This document shows positions 61,701 through 64,000 of a stretch of 64,000 bases of DNA, piece by piece. Under the pieces are notes generated by a model, which saw nothing but the letters and a program-made list of their open reading frames with translations, did not search any database and was not told the origin of the DNA. The stretch comes from Phallusia mammillata (lineage: Eukaryota): positions 27,094,001 through 27,158,000 of the forward strand of contig OZ281497.1 of the NCBI GenBank assembly GCA_965637545.1, read 5' to 3'. A program made the translations under genes and the position numbers. The stretch's first letter is position 1. Each line of letters starts with the position of its first letter.

Positions 61701-63969
61701 CTTCTAGAATTTGCTACAAATTCAACCTGCACTTGATATATTTGTGACGCAACAGCCACTCGATTGCCTCTTCTTGACAAGTAACAAATCTTTTGCCATT
61801 TGGTGTTAGTTTAAAATTATGTTTAGAGCTATTAGCGTGCATTCTTATATTGTTATTTAAATTATTTTGTCGCAAAAAAAGATAAATCGGCATAATGGGT
61901 CTCGGGTGTTCTATGAACAATGGACAAACTCCTATTTTTAGTCGAAATAAGTGACAAACCTATATGCCTTATCGTGTAAAAGTCAGAACTGGTCACAGTG
62001 GCATTTGTGGTTCGTTTTATGTCTGCTTAGTTGTATGTTAACGTATGTTTGTTTTACTTTAAACATCAGCTGAAGAGACTCAATCTCTCCTTTAACAATG
62101 TTGGTGATCTGTGTGCAAATTCGTTGACTAGTTGTCTTCACAACATCGAAATGCTTGTCCTGCAAGGATGCGACATGGGAAGCGAAGGAGTAAGACAACT
62201 CTGCGATTCTGTACTGCACTTTAACAAACCTGTAAGTAGTTTAACCTTTGTACGTAAACGTACGTGAGTACATATATATAAGCTATTGCTGCTGGGCATA
62301 ATATCAAGTTTTTAGAGCTTTTCTAGCAAATGTAATTTTATTCCGACGTTTCTACGTCCTATACAGGTCGTCTTCATCAGGGTAAATAACACTGAATGCG
62401 ACTAGTACAGTACACGAAAAACAAAGGAAAAAAAATGGAACGCCAGCACGTCACAGCGCGATAACGAATGATTGGGCCTCTAATCTTTAAGCAAGTGCCG
62501 GTAGCACGCTGAAAGCATCACGTCTGTTTTGATGTTCATTGTGTTGCCCCGTTGGTGAATGTTTCTTTTCTCACGAAATAGTATTTTCTTGTAGTCAGGC
62601 TACCGAGCCAAAACAGACGCCGCATTGAAATCAATACGGCAGCCTTGTGATACCGCGTGATTGGAAAGGGCCGACTTCTTCGCTTTGCTGTTTGCAACAT
62701 CCCGCTGATGTTCTTTTCGGCGGGTAGGCGCAGAGAATATAATATACAACGCCTCGTTGTTCAAAGGTATTGATTGGATCTTTCGGGTGACTAGAAAGAG
62801 CTTGCGGAGACTATTGGCAGATTGGACGCCAACCGCTATGCCGAAGTCACGCAACATACGCTGTAAAATATCCGTCAGTTTCGGTATGTACGGAAGTGTC
62901 ACAAAACCCTCTGTTTTTGGATGGGTCGCCGGATTGGGCAAGTTGCCCGTCGACCGCGGAGAATCCAGTTGCGGTAGCCGTTAAATTTCAAGGCTTTGTG
63001 AACCTTGTCAGTTCCTCCTCGCAGTCGTCGCTATGAGTGCACAAGTGTCGTGCCTGATCTTATAGAGAACGAACCACCCCCCTTTTCTGGTGTGTGGGTT
63101 GGTGAGATCGAAAATTGAGATACATGTCGGTACTCGTTAGCTTGTAGTACACTATTGAGTACAAGACACCGGCGTTGGTTCTTGTGCTTTCTGTTTTTCG
63201 TTTGTTTGTCGTGCACTGCACTCGGCCGCATTCAGTGTTATTTACCCTGATAAAGACGACCTGTATAGGGCGTCGAAACATCGGAACAAAATTACATTTG
63301 CCAGAAGAGCTCTCCAAACTTGGTACGTGAATATGTACGTCATATATAATACTTTTATTATGGGTCCCGTTCCCCTTTTTTCTCAGTTAAAGTTTGTCCA
63401 TGTACTTTTGTCATGAGATCTTAGGTGGATTTGGATGAAACTGGATTGGAGTTTTTAGCTGAATACTTACTTGATTAAAAGGCAGGCTCAGTATGAAGTG
63501 CCTGTGTGAATTACATAATTTGCTTTTGCATCTGCATTGCTTTCAAAAACCTGACTAAGAATCGCAAAAACGCAATTTCGCAACAAAAATGTAAGAACCC
63601 AAGCGTTACTGTGATGCTACTATGTCATCATTTCTAACACTTGCCTTAGAACTTAGGTAAATTTTTAAGCGCTGCACAAATGCAAAAGCAAGAATCTTTA
63701 CGAATCGGGAAAATCAAAGTCCGTATTTACCTTGCAAACGTCACATTGGTGATTTTTCATGATTGCTTCGACACGAATTAACATGTGATATTTTGCTTTA
63801 ACATCAGCTGAAGAGCCTCGACCTCTCATGCAACAAGATCGGTGATCTGGGTGCAGCATCATTGGCTCGTTGCGTTCACAATATTGAAATGCTTGAGCTA
63901 CATGGATGTGCGATCGGAAACCATGGAGTGAGGCAACTCTGTAATTCTGTAGTTCAACTGGAAAAACCT
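58783..63969 (+). CDS. NLR-3 (3' end beyond the window): NACHT-LRR paralog with an in-frame TGA at codon 30; null allele or re-initiated form
   Basis: Exons 58783-59079 (TGA at 58870-58872, in-frame ATG at 59041), 59138-59444, 59546-61230 (GQAGIGKTT, LIIVDGLDE), LRR cassettes 62070-62231 and 63808-63969. No other disabling lesion was seen. Confidence 0.8.
62281..63323 (-). mobile_element. 5'-truncated Penelope-like retroelement with terminal repeats in inverted orientation, each carrying a hammerhead-like motif
   Basis: Minus-strand frameshifted coding remnant at about 63150-62590: YKLTSTDMYLNFRSHQPTHQKRGVVRSL..EEEL..KALKFNGY (RT C-terminal region), FVTLPYIP.., KEHQRDV..SALSNHA..IDF..VLAR (GIY-YIG remnant). 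Terminal repeat with CTGATGA..GAAACGTC on the minus strand at 62343-62382, and an inverted copy on the plus strand at 63245-63284. Confidence 0.85.
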
Positions 63970-64000
63970 GTGAGAAATTTTGATTTATGCTCGTGAAAAA

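Larger units (their letters stand above)
18100..64000 (+). repeat. Tandem triplication of a 15-21 kb NLR unit including upstream and downstream non-coding DNA
   Basis: Homologous upstream blocks, e.g. gatgtcgcgatt...cacgaatcacgg at about 18637, 33938 and 54451; homologous downstream blocks 29840-31280 vs 50930-52450; shared exon-intron structure. Boundaries are approximate. Confidence 0.85.

Overview
AT-rich, intron-containing animal genomic DNA. Compact 56-58 nt GT-AG introns and the gene families present suggest an ascidian/tunicate, but that is an inference and was not verified. From left to right: (1) the 3' part of a + strand MAM-MAM-linker-VWA gene (10 phase-consistent exons, 863-5711). 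(2) A convergent - strand adhesion GPCR with VWA-GAIN/GPS-7TM architecture (9 exons, 7008-14362; 5' end not located). (3) A tandem array of three paralogous NACHT-LRR (NLR) genes: NLR-1 22171-29179, NLR-2 37106-49457, and NLR-3 from 58783 to beyond the window, with an in-frame TGA at codon 30. The NLRs have no death-fold domain. Their disordered N-terminus carries a conserved RHIM/cRHIM-like island split by intron 1. The LRRs are encoded on interchangeable phase-0 cassette exons of about 162 bp, whose number and surface residues vary. In NLR-2 the cassettes are separated by a network of long intronic inverted repeats. Mobile DNA includes several hAT-type MITEs with TSDs, two families of hammerhead-ribozyme-bearing repeats (one attached to a Penelope RT/GIY-YIG fragment), DINE-1/HINE-like elements, and a 507-bp miniature LTR element that copied 49 nt of its tRNA-Leu primer including CCA. 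All exon boundaries, motifs and alignments were read by eye; no database searches were run.
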